A DNA stretch of 64,000 nt from Heptranchias perlo (lineage: Eukaryota). Location: assembly GCF_035084215.1 (NCBI RefSeq), contig NC_090368.1, forward strand, positions 5,332,001 through 5,396,000, read 5' to 3'. The translations under genes and the position numbers were made by a program. The first letter of the stretch is position 1. The number at the start of each line of letters is the position of its first letter. Positions 48,583 through 59,660 of the stretch are shown here, piece by piece. The notes beneath the pieces were generated by a model, which was not told the DNA's origin, made no database searches, and was given only the letters and a program-made list of their open reading frames with translations.

Positions 48583-49421
48583 AACAGGCTCGAGGGGCTG
48601 AATGGCCTCCTCCTGTTTCTATGTAACAGGTTCGAGGGGCTGAGTGGCCTCCTCCTGTTCCTATGTAACAGGCTCGAGGGGCTGAGCGGCCTCCTCCTGT
48701 TCCTATGTAACAGGCTCGAGGGGCTGAATGGCCTCCTCCTATTCCTATGTAACAGACTCGAGGGGCTGAATGGCCTCCTCCTGTTCCTATGTAACAGACT
48801 CGAGGGGCTGAATGGCCTCCTCCTGTTCATAGGTAACAGGCTCGAGGGGCTGAATGGCCTCCTCCTGTTCATAGGTAACAGGCTCGAGGGGCTGAATGGC
48901 CTCCTCCTGTTCTTATGTAACAGGCTCGAGGGGCTGAGTGGCGTCCTCCTGTTCCTATGTAACAGGCTCGAGGGGCTGAGTGGCCTCCTCCTGTTCCTAT
49001 GTAACAGGCTCGAGGGGCTGAGTGGCCTCCTCCTGTTCCTATGTAACAGGCTCGAGGGGCTGAGTGGCCTCCTCCTGTTCCTATGTAACAGGCTCGAGGG
49101 GCTGAGTGGCCTCCTCCTGTTCCCAAGTAACAGGCTCAAGGGGCTGTGCGGCCTCCTCCTGTTCCTATGTAACAGACTCGAGGGGCTGAATGGCCTCCTC
49201 CTGTTCCTATGTAACAGACTCGAGGGGCTGAGTGGCCTCCTCCTGTTTCAATGTAACAGACTCGAGGGGCTGAGTGGCCTCCTCCTGTTTCAATGTAACA
49301 GACTCGAGGGGCTGAGTGGCCTCCTCCTGTTTCAATGTAACAGACTCGAGGGGATGAGTGGCCTCCTCCTGTTTCAATGTAACAGGCTCGAGGGGCTGAA
49401 TGGCCTCCTCCTGTTCCTATG
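48583..49421 (+). repeat. 42-bp minisatellite (about 20 units) derived from the CR1 3'-terminal hairpin
   Basis: Unit aacaggctcgaggggctgaatggcctcctcctgttcctatgt, preceded by unique CR1 sequence at 48470-48582. Confidence 0.96.
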
Positions 49422-50014
49422 CAGGTCGAGAAATGACCATCTCTCTATCATCCTGGTACAAGAAAGAACTTGCATTTATATAGCGCCTTTCACGACCTCA
49501 GGATGTCCTGAAGTGCTTTCCAGCACTTGAAGTGTAGTCACTGTTGTAATGTAGGAAACGAGGCAGCCAATTTGCACACAGCAAGATCCCACAAACAGCA
49601 ATGTGATAAATGACCCAGATAATCTGTTTTTTAGTGATGTTGGTCGAGGGGTGAATATCGGGCCCCAGGACACCGGGGAGAACTCCCCCCTGCTCTTCTT
49701 CCAATAGTGGCCCGTGGGATCTTTTACGTCCGCCTGAGAGGGGCAGACGGGGCCCTTGGTTTAACGTCTCATCGAAAAGACGGCCCCTCCGACAGTGCTA
49801 GATCAGTAACCCCCGACAGTGGGATCGCTGGCTATGCGAACAGGAGATCTCAAAGTGGTTGCGTCTGGCAAACACCGAGGACGTTTCAGCCCAAGAACAA
49901 GGCAAGACTTCGAACTCCCGTTGTTTCGAGGCAGTGGAAGAAATCCACAGGCCACAAATACAACAGTGTCTCCGTGAGGGGGTGCGCTGACAATCTAGGC
50001 TGTGGCTGCCCAGG

Positions 50015-50545
50015 AGATCAGTTCTGGGCACCGCACCTCGGGAAGGATAGATCGGCCTTGGAGGGGGTGCAGTGCAGATTCACCAGAATGATACCGGGGC
50101 TAAAAGGGTTAAATTACGAGGACAGGTTGCACAGACTGGGCTTGTATTCCCTCGAGTGTAGAAGATTAAGGGGTGATCTAATCGAGGTGTTTAAGATGAT
50201 TAAAGGATTTGATAGGGTCGATAGAGAGAAACTATTTCCTCTGGTCGGGGGGAGTCCAGAACAAGGGGGCAGAACCTTAAAATTAGAGCCGGGCCGTTCA
50301 GGGGTGATGTCAGGAAGCACTTCCTCACACAAAGGGGAGTGGGAATCTGGAACTCTCTCCCCCCAAAACGCTGTTGAGGCCGGGGGTCAATTGGAAATTT
50401 CAAAACCGAGACTGATCAATTTTTGTTGGGTATTAAGGGTGATGGAACCAAGGCGGGAAAATGGGGTTAAGATACAGATCAGCCATGATCTGATTTAATG
50501 GCAGAACAGGCTTGAGGGGCTGAATGACCTACTCCTGTTCCTGTG
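50015..50545 (+). mobile_element. CR1 LINE 3' fragment
   Basis: QFWAPHLGKDRSALEGVQCRFTRMIPGLKGL; same subfamily as 1955-2575. Confidence 0.9.
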
Positions 50546-50547
50546 TG

Positions 50548-52937
50548 CCCCGAGATTCCTCACTCCCCGAGATTCCTCACTCCCTCTTCCCCCGAGATTC
50601 CTCACTCCCCCTTCCCCCCGAGATTCCTCACTCCCCCTTCCCCCTGAGATTCCTCACTCCCCCTTCCCCCTGAGATTCCTCACTCCCCCTCCCCCCGAGA
50701 TTCCTCACTCCCCCTCCCAAGATTCCTCACTCCCCCTTCCCCCGAGATTCCTCACTCTCCCCGAGATTCCTCACTCCCCCTCCCCCCGAGATTCCTCACT
50801 CCCCCTTCCCCCTGAGATTCCTCACTCCCCCTTCCCCCTGAGATTCCTCACTCCCCCTCCCCCTGAGATTCCTCACTCCCCCTGAGATTCCTCACTCCTC
50901 CTTCCCCCTGAGATTCCTCACTCCCCCTCCCCCTGAGATTCCTCACTCCCCCCGTGATTCCTCACTCCCCCCGAGATTCCTCACTCCCCCCGAGATTCCT
51001 CACTCCCCCTTCCCCCTGAGATTCCTCACTCCCCCTTCCCCAAGATTCCTCACTCCCCCTCCCCCTGAGATTCCTCACTCCCCCCGAGATTCCTCACTCC
51101 CCCTTCCCCTTGAGATTCCTCACTCCCCCTTCCCCCTGAGATTCCTCACTCCCCCTTCCCCCTGAGATTCCTCACTCCCCCTCCCCCTGAGATTCCTCAC
51201 TCCCCCTTCCCCCTGAGATTCCTCACTCCCCCTCCCCGAGATTCCTCACTCCCCCCGAGATTCCTCACTCCCCCCGAGATTCCTCACTCCCCCCGAGATT
51301 CCTCACTCCCCCTTCCCCCGAGATTCCTCACTCCCCCTTCCCCCGAGATTCCTCACTCCCCCTTCCCCCTGAGATTCCTCACTCCCCCTCCCACCTGAGA
51401 TTCCTCACTCCCCCTCCCCCCGAGATTCCTCACTCCCCCTTCCCCCTGAGATTCCTCACCCCCCCTCCCCGAGATTCCTCACTCCCCCTTCCCCCCGAGA
51501 TTCCTCACTCCCCCCGAGATTCCTCACTCCCCCTTCCCCCGAGATTCCTCACTCCCCCCGAGATTCCTCACTCCCCCTTCCCCCGAGATTCCTCACTCCC
51601 CCTTCCCCCTGAGATTCCTCACTCCCCCTCCCACCTGAGATTCCTCACTCCCCCTCCCACCTGAGATTCCTCACTCCCCCTCCCCCCGAGATTCCTCACT
51701 CCCCCTTCCCCCTGAGATTCCTCACTCCCCCTTCCCCCCGAGATTCCTCACTCCCCCTTCCCCCCGAGATTCCTCACTCCCCCGAGATTCCTCACTCCCC
51801 CTTCCCCCGAGATTCCTCACTCCCACTCCCCCTGAGATTCCTCACTCCCGCTTCCCCCGATATTCCTCACTCCCCCTCCCCGAGGTTCCTCACTCCACCT
51901 TCCCCCCGAGATTCCTCACTCCCCCTTCCCCCGAGATTCCTCACTCCCCCTTCCCCCGAGATTCCTCACTCACCCTTCCCCCGAGATTCCTCACTCCCCC
52001 TCCCCCCGAGATTCCTCACTCCCCCTTCCCCCCGAGATTCTTCACTTCCCCCGAGATTCCTCACTCCCCCTTCCCCCCGAGATTCCTCACTCCCCCTTCC
52101 CCCGAGATTCCTCACTCCCCCTTCTCCCCGAGCTTCCTCACTCCCCCTTCCCCCGAGATTCCTCACTCCCCCCGAGATTCCTCACTCCCCCCGAGATTCC
52201 TCACTCCCCCCGAGATTCCTCACTCCCCCCGAGATTCCTCACTCCCCCCGAGATTCCTCACTCCCCCTCCCCCCGAGATTCCTCACTCCCCCCGAGATTC
52301 CTCACTCCCCCCGATATTCCTCACTCCCCCCGATATTCCTCACTCCCCCTCCCCCCGAGATTCCTCACTCCCCCTCCCCCGAGATTCCTCACTCCCCCTT
52401 CCCCCTGAGATTCCTCACTCCCCCTTCCCCGAGATTCCTCACTCCCCCCGAGATTCCTCACTCCCCCCGAGATTCCTCACTCCCCCTCCCCCGAGATTCC
52501 TCACTCCCCCTCCCCGAGATTCCTCACTCCCCCTCCCCCGAGATTCCTCACTCCCCCGAGATTCCTCACTCCCCCCGAGATTCCTCACTCCCCCTCCCCC
52601 GAGATTCCTCACTCCCCCTTCCCCCTGAGATTCCTCACTCCCCCCGAGATTCCTCACTCCCCCCCCCCCGAGATTCCTCACTCCCCCTCCCCCTGAGATT
52701 CCTCACTCCCCGAGATTCCTCACTCCCCCTCGAGATTCCTCACTCCCCCTCCCCCTGAGATTCCTCACTCCCCGAGATTCCTCACTCCCCCTCCCCCGAG
52801 ATTCCTCACTCCCCCTCGAGATTCCTCACTCCCCCTCGAGATTCCTCACTCCCCCTCCCCCTGAGATTCCTCACTCCCCGAGATTCCTCACTCCCCCTCC
52901 CCCAAGATTCCTCACTCCCCCTCGAGATTCCTCACTC
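50548..52937. repeat. Variable 17-27-bp minisatellite (about 100+ units) starting at the VPS72 exon 5 donor
   Basis: Core gagattcctcactcccc plus variable C/T runs. Confidence 0.97.
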
Positions 52938-52939
52938 AC

Positions 52940-53084
52940 TCTTCCACGTCCACATTCTCCTCCTTCACGCTAATCTCGGTGATCAGGGGCATCGTCACAG
53001 AGTGATAGCGAATCATTGGTCCCACGCACTTCCGTTTCTTTAACACCTGCTTCTTCTTGTCTGCCTCCAATCGCTCGTAGTTCT
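52940..53084 (-). CDS. VPS72: VPS72 exon 5
   Basis: NYERLEADKKKQVLKKRKCVGPMIRYHSVTMPL...EENVDVE; donor GTGAGT. Confidence 0.94.
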
Positions 53085-53173
53085 CTGCGGAACAAGACGA
53101 TCCAGAATCAGACCGGCGGACACACAGATTTGTCTCTATCGAGAAAGGTTTTGCCAAGGTGGAGGGAACTGGA

Positions 53174-53626
53174 TGGCACAGTGGGTTACAGGCCGACCCT
53201 TCACCTCTGGCACAGTGCGTTACAGGCCGACCCTTCACCTCTGGCACAGTGCGTTACAGGCCGACCCTTCACCTCTGGCACAGTGGGTTACAGGCCGACC
53301 CTTCACCTCTGGCACAGTGCGTTACAGGCCGACCCTTCACCTCTGGCACAGTGCGTTACAGGCCGACCCTTCACCTCTGGCACAGTGCGTTACAGGCCAA
53401 CCCTTCACCTCTGGCACAGTGCGTTACAGGCCGACCCTTCACCTCTGGCACAGTTCGTTACAGGCCGACCCTTCACCTCTGGCACAGTGCGTTACAGGCC
53501 GACCCTTCACCTCTGGCACAGTGCGTTACAGGCCGACCCTTCACCTCTGGCACAGTGCGTTACAGGCCGACCCTTCACCTCTGGCACAGCGGGTCACAGG
53601 CTGACCCTTCACCTCTGGCACAGTGC
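53174..53626. repeat. 34-bp minisatellite (about 13 units), VPS72 intron 4
   Basis: Unit ggcacagtgcgttacaggccgacccttcacctct. Confidence 0.96.
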
Positions 53627-53935
53627 GAGGGAAAGCTGCCATTTTAAATCGAGAGGGAAGGCTGCCATTTTGAACACTGTAGCTGACAGGAACGCGCTAC
53701 AATGCCGCTGGTCCAACTCGATCAGAGAAGCTGGACCAGCAACAGGGAGGACCTGACTCACATACAAGACTGCCACCTGTTGGCAGGAGGATGTAATTAC
53801 AACGTGACACGTTTACATAGGAAATTACCATTATAAATACGGGCATAGTTCATTTATAACGGGAGTGCGTGCAGACTGAAGATTTTGTAATGGCTGCTCG
53901 TGTTACAGGCATCGATGGGCCAGTCTCCTGCTTAC

Positions 53936-54121
53936 CCAGAGCGCGAAGGTTAATTTCTTCCGTAATCTTGGCTTCTGCCAATAGCTCGTCCTGCGTCAGC
54001 TGGCGGGTCTCGGCGTGCGGGGCCTTCCGCAGCCGCCGGGGCTGCACTTGGCGCTCCTGCACCCGCAGGTAGGTCAGGCGGGTGTGCTCTGTCGTTGACT
54101 GGCGCACGGACTTGCGGCCGC
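53936..54121 (-). CDS. VPS72: VPS72 exon 4
   Basis: GRKSVRQSTTEHTRLTYLRVQERQ...LTQDELLAEAKITEEINLRAL; donor GTAAGC. Confidence 0.94.
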
Positions 54122-55104
54122 CTGGAAACGCAGGAGAGGAACGATAAGTCAGCCTCGCGGAGACAGGCGCCCAAACTTCTGCACAAGGGGACATGCTCCT
54201 TCCTTCTCTCTGGAACTCTCCGGAAGGCGCTGACTCCCACTTTGGTACGGGTTCCACGGGTAGCTGCGTCCCTCTCCCCACTATGCGCACAGCAAGATCC
54301 CACAAACAGCAATCTGATAATGACCAGTTAATCCGTTTTTTTTAGTGATGTTGGTCGAGGGATAAATATCGGCCCCAGGACACCGGGGAGAACTCCCCCC
54401 TGCTCTTCTTCCAATAGTGGCCGTGGGATCTTTTACGTCCACCTCGGTTTAACATCTCATCTGAAAGACGGCACCTCCGACAGTGCGGCGCTCCCTCAGT
54501 GCTGGCACCGGGACAAAATAAAAACGTATCGAAACATACAGCACTGTTTGCAGATTGACAGGATTGTAAACCTGATCACTGTCACAACTATCAGGAAAGG
54601 CTGAACAGACTGGGGCTCTTTTCTCTGGAAAACAGAAGGCTGAGGGGTGACCTGATAGAGGTCTTTAAAATTATGAAAGGGTCTCGATAGGGTAGACGCA
54701 GAGAAGATGTTTCCACTTGTGAGGGAGACCAGAACTAGGGGGCCATAAATATAAGAGAGTCACTAATAAATCCAATAGGGAATTCAGGAGAAACTTCTTT
54801 ACCCAGAGAGTGGTGAGAATGTGGAACTTGCTCCCACATGGAGTGGTTGAGGGGAATAGTGTAGATGGATTTAAGGGGAAGTACATGAGGGAGAAAGGAA
54901 TAGAAGGATAGGGGGAGAGGGTGAGATGAAGTAGGGAGGGAGGAGGCTCGTGTGGAGCGTAAACACCAGCACGGACCAGTTGGGCCGAATGGCCTGTTTC
55001 TGTGCTGTAATGATTCACTCCTGTCACAGTTGCACATCTACTACCCCCTGCGCTGTCTCGCTCTACTTGGTAAAGAGGGCAGGGCGCCCGATTCGCGTCC
55101 TTAC

Positions 55105-55228
55105 ACTCTCCGAACTCGTCCTGCTGCTCCGCGATGTCTCCTTTCTCCACCTTCAGCTTCTCGATGCCACTGGTGGCCGCTGCAGGCTTTTTGGCTTTGG
55201 GTCTGGGTCTGGCCGACTTGACGGGTTC
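55105..55228 (-). CDS. VPS72: VPS72 exon 3
   Basis: ttttgcAG; EPVKSARPRPKAKK...QQDEFGE; donor GTAAGG. Confidence 0.88.
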
Positions 55229-55723
55229 CTGCAAAAAAAAAAGAGGGGGGGGGAGGAGAATGACATCTCAGCGGTTACTAAGAGGCGTACCCTGGGCTAG
55301 CAACGGTGGGTGGGTGGGTGGAAACCAACCAGGGTTTCCCCCAACCCCGACCGTCGCCCGGCAACCGCCGCCGGAAAGCGGGCGCGGTGGTCGGAGGTCG
55401 GTGAGAGGACAACGGGTCGGCCGCGACGCCCCCCTTAGTCGAGCAGCCGGCCGGCAGCTCACTATTCCTCGCGCGAGAGCGGGCCAAGCACAGGTGCCCG
55501 GAACGGGTCAGCCTCGCCAGGAGAGGGAGGCAGAAGACCCGGAGGGGGTGGTGACCCGGATATAGGGGTGGGGGAGTGGAAAGTGGGGGTTGAACAGATG
55601 GGGAGAGGAATCCGATGCATTGGTTGGCTTGTCACACTTGTACTAAGTGTGGCCGCCAAGCTCCAGTGCGCGCGGAACAAACCCGCACTTTTAACCCCGG
55701 CAGATTTCCGAAGGCCCCCTTGC

Positions 55724-55876
55724 CTTGTACACTTTAGTGATGACTCGACGCTTTCTCTTCGGCTCGTCGTCCTCCTGATCGCTGGTCGGCTCCTCGCCCT
55801 CGTCAATGTCAAAGTCCGAATCCACCTCGTCCTCGCTCTCCGACTGGTCCGTGTTGTATTCATCGTCTCCGGATTC
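55724..55876 (-). CDS. VPS72: VPS72 exon 2
   Basis: ESGDDEY...DSDFDIDEG...KRRVITKVYK; ends at a non-canonical GC donor (AAG|GCAAGG). Confidence 0.9.
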
Positions 55877-56064
55877 CTGGCAGGCCAAAACGCAGATCAA
55901 GTTAGCGGCCCGTCGGATTTAGGGGGTGAAGAAAAAGAAGCAAAAAAAAAAAAAAAATCGATTGAAGATAAAAGTCTCGGGTAGTTGCGGCCGGCTCTGG
56001 GAATTTTACCCCAAGTCCTACGGGAGGGAATTCCCAGCAATGGACTGCGCACGCTGTTAAAAAA

Positions 56065-56460
56065 GATCTCGCATTTCTATCGCGCCTTTCACCACCTCAG
56101 GACGTCCCAAAGCGCTTTACAGCCAATTAAGTACTTTTGAAGTGTAGTCACTGTTGTAATGTTGGAAACGCAGCAGCCAATTTGCGCACAGCAAGATCCC
56201 ACAAACAGCAATGAGATAATAACCAGATCATCTGGGGTTTTTTTAGCGATGTTGGTTGAGGGATAAATATTGGCCCCAGGACACCGGGGAGAACTCCCCC
56301 CTGCTCTTCCTCCAATAGTGGCCGTGGGATCTTTTACGTCCACCTGAGAGGGGCAGACGGGGCCCTCGGTTTAACGTCTGATCTGAAAGGCGGCACCTCC
56401 TCAGTACTGGCACCGGGAGTGTCAGCCTGGATTATGTCGTTTGAGTCTCTGGAGTGGGAT
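56065..56460 (-). mobile_element. Deu-domain SINE
   Basis: Family match. Confidence 0.83.
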
Positions 56461-57258
56461 TTGGACCTTGGAAATCTGGAACTCTCTCCCCCAAAATGCT
56501 GTGGATGCTGGGGACAATTGGAGCTTTTAAGACTGAGGTCAATAAGATTTTTGTTGGGTAAGGGTATCAGGATTATGGAGCAAAGGCGGGTGAATGGAGT
56601 TGGATCAGCCATGATCTAACTGGATGGCAGAACATTCGAGGGGCTAAATGGCCTCCTCCTGTTCTTAAGTCAGCATCAGTCAACCCTGACTCCACTGTGC
56701 TTTTGGATATCTTGAGATTACCTTTTTAAATACTCAATTAATGTAAAAAAAACTAAATTAACTGAGATGTTGTCTGCGGCTGAAAAAGGACTAGAGAGCA
56801 GTGGATAAATCGACCAGGGTGGGCAAACATAATTCAGTTCCCATTCTGTCCTTATCTTTGTATTGCCATTATGAATGCCTATATCTGCATTTATAATATA
56901 AACTGCCTATGTAAACTACTCCTAAGGTAATTATTCCCTAACCCCACCCCCCCAAGAGATGGCATTGTGCCCCCAATGGCGGGAGGGTATAATTACAATG
57001 TGACAAGTTTACATAGGCCGTCTCCATTATAAATGTGGGCTTAAGAACTTAGAATGGAAACAGTTGGCAGAAGAGATTTTTAATATATTAGAATTTAATA
57101 TCTAAATCTTTACAAGGATGATACCAGAACTGAAAGCTTACAACTATCAGGAAAGGCTGGGGCTCTTTTCTCTAGAAAAGAGAAGGCTGAGGGGGGACCT
57201 GATCGAGGAATTTAAGATTACGAAAGGGTAGACGTAGAGAAGATGTTTCCCCTTGTGG

Positions 57259-57473
57259 AAATGTAAGGAATCTTACAACACCAGGTTATAGTCCAACAGT
57301 TTTATTTGAAAATCGCAAGCTTTCAGAGGCTTTCTCTTTCGTCACTTCACCTGACGAAGGAGAAAGCCTCCGAAAGCTTGTGATTTTCAAATAAAACTGT
57401 TGGACTATAACCTGGTGTTGTAAGATTCCTTACATTTGTCCACCCCAGTCCATCACCGGCATCTCCACATCAT
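57259..57473. mobile_element. Fold-back Penelope-like element remnant inserted in a CR1 fragment
   Basis: About 86-bp inverted arms (57259-57344 / 57352-57437), same tail as the 11.5-kb copy, and a near-duplicated target tcc(c/a)cttgtgg (57248-57258 / 57475-57485). Confidence 0.78.
57347..57383 (+). ncRNA. Minimal type I hammerhead ribozyme motif (Penelope-associated)
   Basis: UCAC-CUGACGA-A-GGAG aaagc CUCC-GAAA-GCUU-GUGA: stem I UCAC/GUGA, stem II GGAG/CUCC, palindromic AAGCUU at stem III. Confidence 0.68.
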
Positions 57474-57939
57474 GTCCACTTGTGGGAGGAGACCAAAGCT
57501 CGGGAGTCATAAATATAAGAGAGTCACTAATAAATCCAATCGGGAATTCAGGAGAAACTTCTTTACCCAGAGAGTGGTGGGAATGTGGAACCATTGAGGG
57601 GAATAGCGCAGATGGATTTAAGGGGAAGCTGGAGGGAAAAAGGAATTTGCTGATGGAGTGAGACGAAGAAGGGGAGGGAGGAGGTTTGTGTGGAGCATAG
57701 ACCAGTTGGGCCAAATGTAAAATTCCAAGCAAATCAATTAGATTTTATGGAATAATTTTAATTACATGAAAGATTTGCATTTTATTTTAATGTAGGAACA
57801 AAATACTAATGTAAAACCTTTAATTGGCAAAGTGTGGGCGATGTAATTGTAGTATTGAGTTAATTAACACTATAAATGTGAACCGAGTCCCCTGTTCAAT
57901 GGACCCAGGGACATAAAAGATGTCCATAGTAAAGATAGG

Positions 57940-58680
57940 TTGGCCCGCACGCCCCGGCCATGAGTGACACCCCCCGCGGCCAATAGAAAACCAGCATTCC
58001 GATGAGTGGCACGCAACTCCGCCAATCGGAGCACAGATGAGGGGGCGGGACTTCCCCCAAATCCCGCCCCCCCTCCCCTCACTAGCAAGTTAGGTTGCCG
58101 CCTTCCCCGAACGACCGTCGCTCTCCGGCTTAAAAAGATGGCGGTCGCGGGCGCCCGTTTCACCTCCTGGAAGCCTCCGTAAGTGGTCTTGTAGAAATCG
58201 TCCTCCTCCTCCGCGTCCAGCAGCCTCGACATGCGGTTGCCGGCATTTTTCCGCGACGGCCGGTTCTGCGCCAGGCTCATCCTCGGCGGCTTATCGATTC
58301 GCTCGGGCTCCACTGATCGCGCCTGGGCCGCCCCTCCCCCACCTTAGCAACGGCCAGGCGCGACCAATCGACCCGCGGAGTGCATCGATCGCTGGCCATT
58401 CTGGGGGAAGCCTCCATTTCTATTCTAGCTCTGTGTGGCTCTTCCCCCCCCCTCCCCCCCCCCCCCCCCCGGCCCCTTAACAAAACAAAAAACACTTCTG
58501 GGTTGGATGGACGGTCAGCCTCGCCGCAGCGGTCGTTCCGCACCTGCGAGCCCGCGCCAAGGGCTATTCGACTGGGTGGGGCATCTCGGCCAACCCCCCC
58601 CCCCCCCCCCCCCCGCCTATCGTGTCCTGTCGTCTTCTCCCCACACACCCCACACGCCCGAGCGTGCGCTTTCCGGCACA
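57940..58680. promoter_or_regulatory. VPS72 CpG-island promoter / first-intron regulatory region
   Basis: CpG-rich; CCAAT boxes near 57980, 58022 and 58364; GC box GGGGCGGG near 58041; YY1-type AAGATGGCGG near 58135. Confidence 0.7.
58164..58280 (-). CDS. VPS72: VPS72 exon 1
   Basis: MSLAQNRPSRKNAGNRMSRLLDAEEEDDFYKTTYGGFQE; donor GTGAAA. Confidence 0.94.
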
Positions 58681-58959
58681 CGTCACTGGATAAGGAAGAA
58701 AGAACTTGCATTTCTACAGCGCCTTTCACGACCTCAGGCCGTCCCAAAGCGCTTCGCAGCCAAATGACGTACTTTTGGAGCGCGGTCACCGTTGTAATGT
58801 AGGAAACGCGGCCGCTAACTTAGGCACAGCAAGATCCCACAAACAACAATGAGATAAATGAGCGTATAATCTGTTTTTTGACATATATATTAGCTAACAG
58901 GCTATTGGGTTGTATTAATAGAACCACTCAGTATAAATCTCCATTTTGACACTGTACAG

Positions 58960-59660
58960 GTCGCAAGTCAAACTGCACCTGGAGTACTGAGCCCAGTTTT
59001 GGTCCTCCTACATGGTGGGTGATATAATGGCCTTGGAAAAGGTCCAGAGAAGAGCTGCAAGAATGATTCCTAGTTTAAAGAAACTGAGCTTCTCAGGTAG
59101 CTCAAGGATCTTGGCCTATTTACTTTGGAGCAGTGTAAATTTAGAGGTGATTTGATTGAGGCCTATAAAATAATTAAAGGGCTGGATAGCTTCCCTATTG
59201 ATAGATTATTCCAGTTTGGGAAGGAACAGGGGACACCAGTTTAGACTATGGAAGAGTAGGAATAGACTGGGTGTCGAGCAGGTCTTTTACCAGAGAGCAG
59301 TGAGCCTCTGGACTGCGTTACCAGCTAGTGTGTTGTGTGCTGACTCTCTGCCTTCAAGAGGGTGCTGGACCGGTTACTGACTGGGGCAGAAATCGCACCA
59401 TATAGAGAAGTTAAGTGTCTTTATAGATAACACTCAGTCCGTGTGATCTCCTGGACTTGTTTCGATCGCCTGAGGGGGTTAGAGGGGAATTTTCCAGGGA
59501 ATCTTTTCCTTTATTGACCCTGGGTTATTCCTCTGGCCTTTTGCCTCTCCCAGGAGATTACGTGGGGAGGGATGAGATGTCTGGTTGTGATGCTCCAACC
59601 ATCATGGCGCGGGGGCAGTCTTGATGGACCCGCTGGCCTTTTCCTGCCTCTCATTTTCGT
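58960..59660 (+). mobile_element. Diverged CR1 LINE 3' fragment with longer 3' UTR
   Basis: cacctggagtactg...cagttttggtctcc, tttagaggtgatttgattgag and QRAVSLWTALP motifs. Confidence 0.75.

Larger units (their letters stand above)
47992..58280 (-). other. VPS72: VPS72 (YL1, H2A.Z chaperone of SRCAP/TIP60) gene span, 6 exons, 367 aa
   Basis: complement join(58164-58280,55724-55876,55105-55228,53936-54121,52940-53084,47992-48370) = 1104 nt. YL1 N-terminal motif and YL1_C motif (CPVTHKPALYRDPITDIPYA) are present. Confidence 0.94.

Noticed and set aside
48345-49530. Leucine-rich-repeat-looking ORF (NRLEGLSGLLLFLC)n
   Set aside because: 42-bp repeat of the CR1 3' UTR hairpin, not an LRR gene.
50548-52937. 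CRISPR-like constant repeat with variable spacers
   Set aside because: The spacers are only C/T runs, the context is eukaryotic, and there are no cas genes.
58281-58313. Upstream extension of VPS72 (ORF-track start at 58313)
   Set aside because: The start is non-ATG; the conserved N-terminus MSLA begins at the ATG at 58280.
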